Of a stretch of 49,637 nt of DNA, positions 19,085 through 28,877 are shown piece by piece. A program made the position numbers and the translations under genes. Numbering within the stretch: the stretch's first letter is position 1; each line of letters opens with the position of its first letter. The DNA is taken from contig CAZGSK010000001.1 in assembly GCA_964528435.1 (NCBI GenBank), positions 1 to 49,637 on the forward strand, read 5' to 3'. The notes beneath the pieces are model-generated. The model had not been told where the DNA came from, did not search any database, and saw only the letters and a program-made list of their open reading frames with translations. The stretch comes from an uncultured Sulfurimonas sp. GTDB taxonomy: Bacteria > Campylobacterota > Campylobacteria > Campylobacterales > Sulfurimonadaceae.

Positions 19085-20622
19085 AATAATTTCACTTTCA
19101 ACTCACTAGTATAGAGATCTGATTGATCATCAAGCTTTATTTCCTTTAGATCAAAATCATATTTCTCTTCATAAGTTTTTGTAAGATACTCTACAAGTTT
19201 TGTAATCTCTCTATCTTTTGAAGAGACTAAATTTAATGTGAGTGTTTTAGCAGCTTTTTCATCTTCCATATAAGCAATAGAAGATACCTTTACTTTGAAT
19301 CTGTTAATATCTTTTGTGAATTTTGCAATGAGTTTTGCTTTCATCGGATAGTCAACTTTTACTTCATGAATTTTAATGAGAGTGTTTCGTTTGTCGTTAT
19401 ACTCTTTTTTTTCTTGAGTTAAGAGTGTCAGTGTTTTTTCTTTGTCAGCCAATCTATTTTTAATTGTTGCTTCTCGCGTGATTTTTATATTATGAACTTC
19501 TTTGTATTTGTCTTTTAGAAGATCTTCTTGAAGTTCTTGAGCATATGTTAAAATCCAGTATGTAATAGGGTATGCAAATGCCAATGCAAAAGCAGCAGCA
19601 GTTAAGATGATAAGCTTACCACTTTCTCTTCGAATAAATTTAGGAGGGCGTCTATATATTGTAAAATTACACTCATATCTCTCATTTGGAGGAACAAGTG
19701 TATAGAGTTGCATAAGTAAATGCATTTGGTCTAGATAAACATCATCACTTGTTTCAAAACCATAATCAAATTCAAATTCACTTGCATGAATGTTAAGTTC
19801 AACCTCTACCATTTCATGGAGTTTTGTTTCAGTTTGAATTTGTGTACCTATATATATGTGTTCAAACTTATCAATTTCAAAAGCACGTTTTGCATACGTT
19901 AGAATATCATTGATATTTGCAATGAGTTCTTTGTAAAGGCGAATAAGATACTCTTTATAGTCGCTGTCTGTATCTTTAAGGTTTGCTTCTGTAAAGAAAT
20001 CCATGAAATCATCAAAGGTAATTCTTTCACCATAGAGTTCACAAAATCTTTCATGCATATCAACAAAAGAGTATTTTATTGATTTTGTATAGATAAATTC
20101 TTTATTACTGTAAATAGTTAAAGAAGCATCATTCTCTTGAAAGTAAATAAAACAGTGTGTATTACTACTGTCTATAATCTCTTTTGTATAGAGTGATTTA
20201 ATAAGTAGAGGAGCTGGAATAATAACATCAATATATTTAACTTTTTCAACAACTCTTTCAAAGGTAGTTGTCAAATCAAGTGGATCTACGATGAAAAGGT
20301 GAAAATGCCTATTCTCCTCATCAAGTGTATTAAAATTCTCAATATATTGAATCTTATACTCAACTGCCTGATCGAGAGCCAACTCATCATATGCTTTACT
20401 ATTAATAGCATCATAGATGTCTTCTTCGGGAATATTCTTGCTGATTTCAATCTGTGCGGTAATAAACTCTTTCGTATTTAAATACGAGATGACAAATTGT
20501 TCCTTTGAAAATTCAGGAGTTTTTGATTCACTTATAAAACTAGAGACACTATTAAAATAAGTATCTTTGTAGGGATTAACAGATAGTACACTTGAAAAGG
20601 AGTGTTGTGCTGACGTACTCAT
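19081..20622 (-). CDS. PilM-PilN (MshI-like) fused alignment protein
   Basis: Large acidic cytoplasmic domain, one TM near residue 340, coiled coil; first gene of the pilus block. Confidence 0.65.
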   Translation of the reverse strand: MSTSAQHSFSSVLSVNPYKDTYFNSVSSFISESKTPEFSKEQFVISYLNTKEFITAQIEISKNIPEEDIYDAINSKAYDELALDQAVEYKIQYIENFNTLDEENRHFHLFIVDPLDLTTTFERVVEKVKYIDVIIPAPLLIKSLYTKEIIDSSNTHCFIYFQENDASLTIYSNKEFIYTKSIKYSFVDMHERFCELYGERITFDDFMDFFTEANLKDTDSDYKEYLIRLYKELIANINDILTYAKRAFEIDKFEHIYIGTQIQTETKLHEMVEVELNIHASEFEFDYGFETSDDVYLDQMHLLMQLYTLVPPNERYECNFTIYRRPPKFIRRESGKLIILTAAAFALAFAYPITYWILTYAQELQEDLLKDKYKEVHNIKITREATIKNRLADKEKTLTLLTQEKKEYNDKRNTLIKIHEVKVDYPMKAKLIAKFTKDINRFKVKVSSIAYMEDEKAAKTLTLNLVSSKDREITKLVEYLTKTYEEKYDFDLKEIKLDDQSDLYTSELKVKLL

Positions 20623-20633
20623 TAATAATAATC

Positions 20634-21923
20634 CTATTTAAATTTAACCATTAACATGGAACAAAATCCATCGTTAGTGTAAAACTCGATTCTGTAAGTT
20701 TTATTGGCTTTATCTACTGCATATCTCTTACTCAGATCTTTTAAAGCAATAGTAATACCACCCTCATCTTTACTCTTTTTTGAATGGTAACCAATAACAT
20801 TTACACGAACGTTTTTAGCTTTAATAACCTTAAAATCGTCATTTACATAAAATTTTGAAGCTTTTTTCAAAGAAATTAGTTTTCCGTCTGCTTCAATTTT
20901 ATATTCCTGAGGACAATTTTTTGACATTTTAAAGTATTGAGGCTTTAGCGAGGTAATTTTTTTATTACCTATAAATACATTGTATGTGCCATACCTATTC
21001 TCTTTAACTACCCCCAACGGATTGGAACAGTTAAAGTCGTTATTCTTTGATTTTAGCGGAATAAAGCTTAAAGATTTTTTGATATCACATAAATTTAATA
21101 AAATATTGTGATTTATCTCTAAAGTTCCATAATTTCTTATGATTTTTGCAACATTTTTTTCATTTAATTCAAAGTCTCGAGAGTACTTTATATCCATAAT
21201 TTTCATAAATTCTTCTATGGCAAGGAGTTGATAGAAGACTTTTTGTGCCACGGTAGAGAGACTTTTACTTGTTTCAATTGCAAAAGCTGGTTTGTTGTTT
21301 CTAACTGCAAAATAGGTAAGTGATAAACGCATCTGTTCATCTTTAAATTTTGTTTTTGTATTTTTAACATTAAAGATATGGTGTCTTTTTAAAAGTTGTT
21401 TGTTAATATTTTCCTTAACGCTTCTTGCTATATTGTTTAAGTTGCCAAAAGGTTGCTCTTTATTGAGTGAGCATTGATCAATGACACAGGTCTGTCCCCA
21501 GGCATTTGGGTTAAAAATGCTGTTTTGTTCTTTTTTCCTATAAAAACCATGCCCATCATGTAAGTTTAGGATAAGAGAGACTTTTTGTTCAAGAATGATT
21601 TTTTTAACAGCATCTACAATTGCTTTGTCTTTGTCATTGGCTTTTATTGTTGCAAATTTTCTATTCATATCTCCGTGGATACCTCGTTTGTTTGCAATAA
21701 TGCTTTCACTGTTAAGATTTGGAATAATCCAGAGATTTTTTGAGAGTATTTTATAATGCGTAGCAAGCATAGAGGCTGCAAAATAGCCACCAGGCTCATT
21801 ACCATGAATACCGCCGATGACTAAAAGTGTTGTATTTGAGTCACTGTTTTGTTTTTTGATAAGATTTATCTTTGCAAATAGGTGTGTGCTGAATAAGAGA
21901 GAGATAATAATAAAAAATTTCAT
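20634..21923 (-). CDS. M99/M14 peptidoglycan DL-carboxypeptidase (Csd4/Pgp1 homolog)
   Basis: GGIHGNEPGG, GDMNRKF, LNLHDGHG, WGQ and AFAIETSK motifs. Confidence 0.88.
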   Translation of the reverse strand: MKFFIIISLLFSTHLFAKINLIKKQNSDSNTTLLVIGGIHGNEPGGYFAASMLATHYKILSKNLWIIPNLNSESIIANKRGIHGDMNRKFATIKANDKDKAIVDAVKKIILEQKVSLILNLHDGHGFYRKKEQNSIFNPNAWGQTCVIDQCSLNKEQPFGNLNNIARSVKENINKQLLKRHHIFNVKNTKTKFKDEQMRLSLTYFAVRNNKPAFAIETSKSLSTVAQKVFYQLLAIEEFMKIMDIKYSRDFELNEKNVAKIIRNYGTLEINHNILLNLCDIKKSLSFIPLKSKNNDFNCSNPLGVVKENRYGTYNVFIGNKKITSLKPQYFKMSKNCPQEYKIEADGKLISLKKASKFYVNDDFKVIKAKNVRVNVIGYHSKKSKDEGGITIALKDLSKRYAVDKANKTYRIEFYTNDGFCSMLMVKFK

Positions 21924-21925
21924 AA

Positions 21926-22912
21926 TTATCTCTCTGTAATGATATTAAATTTATTCTCTGTAAGTTTTACAATAAGAGTTTTATTTCCTGTAAAAGAGAA
22001 ACTGTTTGATTTATATTTTTCTAAAAATGTGATTTTAAAGATATCTTTTGTATCGGGGTAGGGGACGACGTTTATCTCTTTGAAGAGAATGGTCTTTTTT
22101 TCATTTTTATTAAAAATTCTTGTTTTATATTTTTTAAACTGCTTGAGATTCATACCGTCAAAACGTTTAAATTTAGGCGCATAAAAACTAAGATATCTAT
22201 TTATATCATTATATATCCAAGAGTATCTCCATGCAAAAAGATTTGCTAAGACTTGAGATATCTGTTTTTTGGAGATCTTTTTTTTGTCATTATTTTCATC
22301 GATTATAAGAATTGTTTTGGATATATTTATATTTTTATCAAGACATTTTATGTTTTGGTTGTTAATTGCAATACACCCTTTTGTGAATTCATCCCTCTCT
22401 TGCTCGATAGGAAGTCCATGAATCCATATTCCTTTTCCTGTTTTTCCTTGATATTTATCATAGATATTAGGGTAAGAGGTTACAAATGCCATTGGGCCGT
22501 AAAAAGAGTCGACTTTTGTTATTTTTTTAGTAATATCGTAGATACCAATAGGTGTTCGAAGGTCTCCTTCTTTGCGTTTGTCACCTTTGATTTTTCCGGT
22601 ATAGGCACTGTACTCTTCTTTTAGTCTATATGTATTGTTATCATCTTTTTTATAGATAGAGAGCTTTGATTTTGACTTGTCACATGCAAGAATATTTGTG
22701 CAAGATTCAAAATATCCAAAAGAGGTATCAATATTTTTTAGATAATTGTCCCAGTACGATTGCTCAGAGAGTTTTTTATCAAGCTCTTTTTCTATTTCAT
22801 GAATACCATTGTTTCTATAATGCGTTAAAAGATTAACATCAACTCCAAAAAGTGCTGATGAAAAGAAGAAAACAAGTAATACAAAAACTATTTTTGAAAA
22901 ATTATTGTGCAT
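21926..22912 (-). CDS. YkuD L,D-transpeptidase-fold LD-carboxypeptidase (Csd6/Pgp2 homolog)
   Basis: EGDLRTPIGIY, GIWIHG...TKGCIA, C-terminal NTF2-like domain. Confidence 0.9.
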   Translation of the reverse strand: MHNNFSKIVFVLLVFFFSSALFGVDVNLLTHYRNNGIHEIEKELDKKLSEQSYWDNYLKNIDTSFGYFESCTNILACDKSKSKLSIYKKDDNNTYRLKEEYSAYTGKIKGDKRKEGDLRTPIGIYDITKKITKVDSFYGPMAFVTSYPNIYDKYQGKTGKGIWIHGLPIEQERDEFTKGCIAINNQNIKCLDKNINISKTILIIDENNDKKKISKKQISQVLANLFAWRYSWIYNDINRYLSFYAPKFKRFDGMNLKQFKKYKTRIFNKNEKKTILFKEINVVPYPDTKDIFKITFLEKYKSNSFSFTGNKTLIVKLTENKFNIITER

Positions 22913-23789
22913 TGTCGTATCCTATCTCTTTTAAGAAATGTTTGTCTTTTGTCCAGCCTTTCTTTACTACAACTTGTAAGTTAAGGTAGGCTTTTTTTCC
23001 GCTGAGCTCTTCAATTTTCTCTCTTGCAGCTTTTCCGATTCTTTTGATTGATTCGCCTTTTTTTCCAATGATAATCCCTTTTTGAGACTCTTTTTCTATA
23101 ATGATAGTGGCATAGATGCGATCAATTCCATGATCTTCTTCAATAGAGTCAATGATAACATCAGATTCATAAGGAACTTCATCACTAACATTTTCAAAGA
23201 TTCCTTCACGGATAAATCCTGCATAGATATCACGTACAAGTTCACTTGTTAAATCTTCTGGATCATAAAGGTAGGGTGATTGAGGTAAAAGTTTTGCAAT
23301 TGTATCAAGCAGATCTTTATGTCCAACTTTACGTGGAATAGCCACAGGAATGAGTGCTTCAAAATTATCTGCATATTTGTTATATGAGGCAATCTTTTTA
23401 AAAAGCTTCTCTTGTGATACTTGATCAATTTTAGAAAGTGCAATGATATGAGGAATGTTTTTTTTGTTGAGCTTTAAGAACTTTTCATAATGCTCAACAG
23501 AGTCTGTAACAGGAGCAAGATAAACGATAAGATCACAGTCTCCCATAGCTTTGAGCGCTTCATCAAGCATAAATTTGTTGAGAACCTTCTCTTTTTCATG
23601 TAGTCCTGGAGTATCTACAAAGATAATTTGAGCATTGTCATGCATAACAATAGCATTGGAGCGTTTTCTTGTAGCATTTGCTTTTTGGCTTACCATTGCT
23701 ATTTTTTCACCTAAAAGTGAGTTCATAAGAGTACTTTTTCCAGCGTTAGGACGCCCAATAAGTGAAACAAAACCTGCTTTTGTCATCAA
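22902..23789 (-). CDS. era: GTPase Era
   Basis: GRPNAGKSTL, DTPG and KH domain SQKGIIIGKKG. Confidence 0.96.
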   Translation of the reverse strand: MMTKAGFVSLIGRPNAGKSTLMNSLLGEKIAMVSQKANATRKRSNAIVMHDNAQIIFVDTPGLHEKEKVLNKFMLDEALKAMGDCDLIVYLAPVTDSVEHYEKFLKLNKKNIPHIIALSKIDQVSQEKLFKKIASYNKYADNFEALIPVAIPRKVGHKDLLDTIAKLLPQSPYLYDPEDLTSELVRDIYAGFIREGIFENVSDEVPYESDVIIDSIEEDHGIDRIYATIIIEKESQKGIIIGKKGESIKRIGKAAREKIEELSGKKAYLNLQVVVKKGWTKDKHFLKEIGYDNAQ

Positions 23790-23826
23790 TATTTTCCTTT
23801 GTATAACAGAGACAATTCTCTGCCTT

Positions 23827-23882
23827 TAGTCGCCTCAGCGGCGTAAGCGGAGTAGAGGAGCTTTTGCTCCTCTACGGGACTA
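23827..23882. repeat. GC-rich palindromic element (GTAG-footed REP-like hairpin or terminator) between hslU and era
   Basis: Perfect 10-bp stem GTAGAGGAGC-TTTT-GCTCCTCTAC (23852-23875) inside TAGTC...GACTA inverted ends. Confidence 0.6.
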
Positions 23883-25214
23883 TTATAGTATGTAGCGAGA
23901 GAGGTCATCATCTTCAACAACTTCATCAAGTTTTTCATGGACGAGTTCTTTTGTTACAACAAATGTCTCGCCTTTGTATTCATCAGCATTAAAACTGATA
24001 TCTTCAAGTATGCGCTCTAGTACAGTGTGTAGACGGCGTGCACCGATATCTTCTGCTGTTTCATTGGCACGGTGTGAAAGTTGTGCAATCGCACGAACTG
24101 CCTCTTCTTCAAACACAAGCTCCATACCTTCAACACTAAGGAGTGCTTCATACTGTTTTAAAAGAGAGTTTTCTGTCTGTGTCAGGATCTTATAGAGTGT
24201 CTCTTCTGTCAAGGCTTCAAGTTCTACACGCAGAGGAAAACGCCCCTGAAGCTCAGGGATCAAGTCACTTGGTTTGCTTACATGAAAAGCACCTGCTGCA
24301 ATAAAGAGAATATGATCCGTATTAATCGTTCCATATTTTGTAGAGACACTAGAACCTTCTACTATTGGTAAGAGATCACGTTGTACTCCCTCTTTTGAAG
24401 GGTCATTTCTGCCTTGTGATTTTTCACTGAGTGCAATTTTATCGATCTCATCAAGAAAAATAATCCCGCCGTTTTCTGCACGACGCAGAGCTTCAGCTGT
24501 GAGAGAGTTCATATCAAGAAGTTTTGAACTTGCTTCTTGGCGAAGGAGTACTTTGGCATCTTTGACAGTAACTTCTTTTTTCTTATCTTCTTTGTTCAGA
24601 GTAGAAAATACCTTGGAAAAACTCTCTTGTACTTTTGCCATCTCAGGTGGGAGGTTTGTATCGTTAAATTCGATAGTACCACTTGATTCAAGTTCTATCT
24701 CTATTACTTTATCATCCATCTCACCGGATTCTACACGCTTTTCAGTAGCTTCAAGCAGTCGTTGATAATCATCTTTTTTACTTTCACTTACTCCTGCAGG
24801 AAGAGGGGGAACAAGTTTTTCAGTAATGCGGTTAATGATGTAGTTTTCAATCTTTTCTTTGTTAGCCTCTTCTTTTTCTGCTTTTACAATAGCAAGAGAG
24901 TTAACAACGAGATCACGAATCATAGACTCAACATCACGTCCGACAAAACCGACTTCTGTATATTTTGAAGCTTCTACTTTAATGAAAGGGACTTTCATCA
25001 TTTTTGCCAGTCTTCGTGAGATCTCTGTTTTACCAACACCTGTTGATCCAATCATAAGAATGTTTTTTGGCTTAATCTCTTGACGCATTTCATCATCAAG
25101 CTGCATTCTTCTGTAGCGTGTTCTTAGAGCAAGTGCTATGGTCTTTTTTGCATTTTTTTGTGAAATTACATATTTGTCAAGATATTCAACTATCTCTTTT
25201 GGAGTCATATTCAT
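23883..25214 (-). CDS. hslU: ATP-dependent protease ATPase subunit HslU
   Basis: [40 protein letters not shown] and DLSRYIL motifs. Confidence 0.97.
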   Translation of the reverse strand: MNMTPKEIVEYLDKYVISQKNAKKTIALALRTRYRRMQLDDEMRQEIKPKNILMIGSTGVGKTEISRRLAKMMKVPFIKVEASKYTEVGFVGRDVESMIRDLVVNSLAIVKAEKEEANKEKIENYIINRITEKLVPPLPAGVSESKKDDYQRLLEATEKRVESGEMDDKVIEIELESSGTIEFNDTNLPPEMAKVQESFSKVFSTLNKEDKKKEVTVKDAKVLLRQEASSKLLDMNSLTAEALRRAENGGIIFLDEIDKIALSEKSQGRNDPSKEGVQRDLLPIVEGSSVSTKYGTINTDHILFIAAGAFHVSKPSDLIPELQGRFPLRVELEALTEETLYKILTQTENSLLKQYEALLSVEGMELVFEEEAVRAIAQLSHRANETAEDIGARRLHTVLERILEDISFNADEYKGETFVVTKELVHEKLDEVVEDDDLSRYIL

Positions 25215-25756
25215 TCTTGATTATCCTCTAAGGTAAGTGTTTTGATATTGTGGTTTGTATAGATACAGAGATCTGCCGCAATATGAAGGGATTCTTTTAC
25301 AAGATCTTCTTCATCAAGTGTAGCATGTTTTTTTAAAGCACGTGCAGCAGAGATTGCAAAATTACCACCACTGCCAATGGAAGCTATCTCTCCATCTTCA
25401 GGTTCTACAACATCACCATTTCCTGTCAAGATAAAGATATGATTATTATTGAGTACAATCATCATAGCTTCTAAACGACGTAGTACTTTATCTTTTCTCC
25501 AAGCTTTAGAGAATTCGACAACGGACTTTAAAATATCCCCTTTTTTATTCTCTAAAAACTCTTCAAACATATCAAAAAGATTAAAAGCATCTGCAGTACT
25601 TCCGGCAAATCCTGCAAGGATTTTACCATGGTAGAGTGTACGAATTTTTGTTGCATTACCTTTTAAAACACTGTTGCCAAAAGTCACTTGACCATCACCG
25701 CCAATGACAGCTTTGCCTTTTCCTTTGTATGCCAGTATTGTAGTAGCGTCAAACAT
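25211..25756 (-). CDS. hslV: ATP-dependent protease subunit HslV
   Basis: TTIL...[20 protein letters not shown] and CIYTN motifs. Confidence 0.97.
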   Translation of the reverse strand: MFDATTILAYKGKGKAVIGGDGQVTFGNSVLKGNATKIRTLYHGKILAGFAGSTADAFNLFDMFEEFLENKKGDILKSVVEFSKAWRKDKVLRRLEAMMIVLNNNHIFILTGNGDVVEPEDGEIASIGSGGNFAISAARALKKHATLDEEDLVKESLHIAADLCIYTNHNIKTLTLEDNQE

Positions 25757-25762
25757 TTAAAT

Positions 25763-26209
25763 TTACTCGCCTTGAACGTCTATGTGAAGTGTTGCGTGAA
25801 TTCCATGACCAAGTTTTAAATCAACATCATGCTCACCAACTGTTTTGATAGCAGTTTTGTCAGTAATATGTTTTTTATCTATTTCGATATTGTGTTGCTC
25901 TTTAAGTGCATGAGCAATTTCATCTTTTGTTACTGCCCCAAAAAGGTGACCATTTTGACCAAGTTTTTTAGTGATAATAATTTCAGCTTTATCAAGTTTT
26001 TCCGCTATCTCTTTAAGACGAACAATCTCTGCAGCTTCTTCTTCCGCTTTGCGTTTGAGTTCTGCTTCATGTTCTGCAATAATCTCTGGAGTTGCAGGTT
26101 TTGCAAATCCTTTTTTGATTAAAAAGTTTTGACCATATCCTGGTTTTACCTCTTTAACTTCACCCGCATTACCTAAACTTTTTACATCTTTTATTAAAAG
26201 TACTTTCAT
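25763..26209 (-). CDS. rplI: 50S ribosomal protein L9
   Basis: MKVLLIKDVKSLG..GEVKEVKPGYGQNFLI and LFGAVT motifs. Confidence 0.97.
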   Translation of the reverse strand: MKVLLIKDVKSLGNAGEVKEVKPGYGQNFLIKKGFAKPATPEIIAEHEAELKRKAEEEAAEIVRLKEIAEKLDKAEIIITKKLGQNGHLFGAVTKDEIAHALKEQHNIEIDKKHITDKTAIKTVGEHDVDLKLGHGIHATLHIDVQGE

Positions 26210-26229
26210 CTTTTTGCCTTTAAAATTTA

Positions 26230-26967
26230 TTATCTTTCTATATCGCCTGGAAAAGAGACAATTCCATGTGTCAGGTTTCCAATTTTTGTATATCCATTAT
26301 CTGTAAGAATTCTGGCAACATGAGCTGAACGACTTCCTACATGACAGTAAAGAATGATGTTCTCATCTTTGCCAAGATTTGCTTCTTCCCAAGTTTGGAA
26401 AAATGAAGAAGTAGGAACAAGTTTATCAGCACCTTTAATGTGCCCCATCTGCCACTCCATATATTCACGTACATCAACAAGTGTAAATTTTACCATGCCA
26501 AGCTCGCGTGCTTCAAGAAGAGAAACAAGCTCATCGCCGTCTAATTCATCTTTATTGAGAAGCATTTCACACTCATCTTTTGAAAGTCCACGTGAATGTG
26601 TATGTGCTACTTCTTCCATTCCCAGTTCAATACGTTTTTTCTCTGCAAAGTCTGGAGTACAGAAGATTCCACAGTGACAAACACCGTTTTGGGGAATCTC
26701 ACGTTCAATTGCAGGTTTACAAGGACAGATACGATCGTCTGTTGATTTTGGTTTTCCATCAACCTCTTCAACCATAAAACAAGGGCAGAAACGTTTTTTG
26801 TACATCATCTTGTTGCGTGCAAGACCCATTTGTACACCTTCGTTTACCTCCTCTTGAGGATTGTAAACCCAACCAAATTGTGCATTTACTTTATCTGTAA
26901 AGCGAATTGTTTTTTCTAATTCTGCTTGAAATTCTGGTGAGTTCATATCTATTTTAATTATACTCAT
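26230..26967 (-). CDS. Ferredoxin:thioredoxin reductase catalytic-subunit domain fused to rhodanese
   Basis: CPC...CPC...CHC cluster/disulfide motifs; C-terminal LVDVRE..EW..GHIKGA and CHVGSRS. Start placed at ATG 26967 (SD GAGGA), not 27144, which lies inside argG. Confidence 0.88.
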   Translation of the reverse strand: MSIIKIDMNSPEFQAELEKTIRFTDKVNAQFGWVYNPQEEVNEGVQMGLARNKMMYKKRFCPCFMVEEVDGKPKSTDDRICPCKPAIEREIPQNGVCHCGIFCTPDFAEKKRIELGMEEVAHTHSRGLSKDECEMLLNKDELDGDELVSLLEARELGMVKFTLVDVREYMEWQMGHIKGADKLVPTSSFFQTWEEANLGKDENIILYCHVGSRSAHVARILTDNGYTKIGNLTHGIVSFPGDIER

Positions 26968-26980
26968 AACTGTTCCTCTT

Positions 26981-28201
26981 TTATTTTTTGTCTCTTCGTG
27001 CTTTACCTTCAATGATAAAGCGAAGCGCATTGAGTTTAATGAAACCTTCTGCATCTTTTTGGTTATAAACTTCATCTTCTTCAAATGTTGAATACTCTGA
27101 ATTAAAGAGAGAGACATCAGAACTTCTACCAACGACAATAACATTGCCTTTATAGAGTTTTAGTCGGACCGTTCCCTCAACGAATTTTTGAGTATTATCA
27201 ATAGCAGCTTGGAGCATCTCACGTTCTGGAGAGAACCAAAAACCGTTATAGATCAGTTTTGCATATCTTGGCATCATCTCATCTTTTAGATGTGCAGCCT
27301 CGCGGTCAAGTGTAATAGATTCAATTGCACGGTGTGCTTTGAGCATAATAGTTCCACCCGGTGTTTCATAACAACCACGTGCTTTCATTCCAACAAAACG
27401 GTTCTCAACGATATCTACACGACCGATTCCATGTTTTCCACCGAGCTCATTTAAGGTTTTGAGCATAGTCGCTGGAGTTAACTCTTTACCGTTGAGTGTT
27501 ACAGGATCTCCGTTTTTATAGCCAATTTCAATATATTCTGGTGTATCTGGAGCCTTTTCAGGTGAATTTGACCATAACCACATAGACTCTTCAGGCTCAG
27601 CAGCAGGATCTTCTAAAATGCCACCTTCATAAGAGATGTGAAGGAGGTTTGCATCCATAGAGTAAGGAGATTTTTTGCCTTTTTTCTCGATTTGAATGCC
27701 ATGCTGTGCGGCATATGCTAAAAGTTTCTCACGTGAGTTTAGATCCCACTCACGCCATGGAGCAATGATTGTAAGTGTAGAGTCTTGACTTAAGTAACCC
27801 ATTTCAAAACGTACTTGATCGTTCCCTTTTCCTGTTGCACCGTGACTTACACCATCTGCGCCAGTGATCTTTGCAATTTCAGCTTGACGTTTTGCAATTA
27901 ACGGACGAGCGATTGAAGTACCTAAAAGGTATTCTCCCTCATAAATTGCATTTGCACGAAACATTGGATAAACAAAATCTTTTACAAACTCCTCACGCAA
28001 GTCATCAATAAAGATATTTTCAGGTTTAATACCAAGTTCAAGTGCTTTTTTGCGAGCAGGTTCTAACTCTTCACCTTGTCCTAAATCTGCTGTAAACGTT
28101 ACAACTTCACATTTGTATTCATCTTGAAGCCATTTTAAGATAACACTTGTGTCTAGCCCTCCAGAGTAGGCTAATACTACTTTTTTAACACTCTTTTTCA
28201 T
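26981..28201 (-). CDS. argG: Argininosuccinate synthase
   Basis: [24 protein letters not shown] and YETPGG motifs. Confidence 0.97.
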   Translation of the reverse strand: MKKSVKKVVLAYSGGLDTSVILKWLQDEYKCEVVTFTADLGQGEELEPARKKALELGIKPENIFIDDLREEFVKDFVYPMFRANAIYEGEYLLGTSIARPLIAKRQAEIAKITGADGVSHGATGKGNDQVRFEMGYLSQDSTLTIIAPWREWDLNSREKLLAYAAQHGIQIEKKGKKSPYSMDANLLHISYEGGILEDPAAEPEESMWLWSNSPEKAPDTPEYIEIGYKNGDPVTLNGKELTPATMLKTLNELGGKHGIGRVDIVENRFVGMKARGCYETPGGTIMLKAHRAIESITLDREAAHLKDEMMPRYAKLIYNGFWFSPEREMLQAAIDNTQKFVEGTVRLKLYKGNVIVVGRSSDVSLFNSEYSTFEEDEVYNQKDAEGFIKLNALRFIIEGKARRDKK

Positions 28202-28236
28202 GTAAAAAACCTTTTGATTGTAAAATAATTATCGCG

Positions 28237-28242
28237 ATTATA
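28237..28242 (-). promoter_or_regulatory. sigma70 -10 box upstream of argG
   Basis: TATAAT on the minus strand, 35 nt upstream of the ATG. Confidence 0.55.
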
Positions 28243-28335
28243 TCGAAAAAGAGGTGAGATTTTGCTTATAGTTAAGCAGCTAAAAGGGGTAAATAAGAAA
28301 ATTTAAAGTATATATATAAATACAGGAGTAGGTTT

Positions 28336-28353
28336 TATGCTCGAATGAGCATA
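28336..28353 (-). terminator. Hairpin downstream of flaG
   Basis: TATGCTC-GAAT-GAGCATA, 7-bp stem just after the stop. Confidence 0.4.
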
Positions 28354-28358
28354 TACAC

Positions 28359-28760
28359 TCACCCCTTTGAGTCGAATAATATACCTGTGACTTCTTGCAT
28401 CTTTGGTAGGAAATCCTGCGCTTGTTCAGCAGGGAATCTTCGAATCATTTTGTGTGTTTTTGCATCAATTGCTGCAACATAAAAAATATCATGCTGATCG
28501 ACTCCGAATTTTATATCGGTACTTAAAGGAGACATCGCCTCATTTAATTTTTTGACTAACTCCTCTACATCTTTTTGCGAATTAATCTTTTCATTTGATG
28601 TTGAAGATGCTTCTTGCATCTCTTTGACAACATTGTCCTGTTTCATTCTACTTTGTGCAACCTGCTGTGTTGTTTGCATCTGCTCAGCAACTCTTCCTTG
28701 AGTTTCTTGCGGACTTACTTGTGATTGTTGCTGTCTTGCAACATTTGCTATGCCATCCAT
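28359..28760 (-). CDS. flaG: Flagellar protein FlaG
   Basis: LNEAM...IKFGVD...IDAKTHKMIRRFPAE...GILFDSKG; preceded by a sigma28 promoter. Confidence 0.88.
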   Translation of the reverse strand: MDGIANVARQQQSQVSPQETQGRVAEQMQTTQQVAQSRMKQDNVVKEMQEASSTSNEKINSQKDVEELVKKLNEAMSPLSTDIKFGVDQHDIFYVAAIDAKTHKMIRRFPAEQAQDFLPKMQEVTGILFDSKG

Positions 28761-28799
28761 GACCTACTCCTCCATTACAGAATATAGTTATTAATGACA

Positions 28800-28826
28800 A
28801 TATCGACAACTCAATTAATAACTTTA
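28800..28826 (-). promoter_or_regulatory. sigma28 (FliA) promoter of flaG
   Basis: Minus strand TAAA-N15-GTCGATAT versus consensus TAAA-N15-GCCGATAA. Confidence 0.85.
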
Positions 28827-28877
28827 GAAAAAAAGTAAAAAAATTCAAATTTCTTTTTTTCTGCTACCCTTACAACA

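Noticed and set aside
26968-27144. 59-aa N-terminal extension of the FTR-rhodanese ORF
   Set aside because: It overlaps the argG 3' end in another frame; a good SD + ATG exists at 26967.
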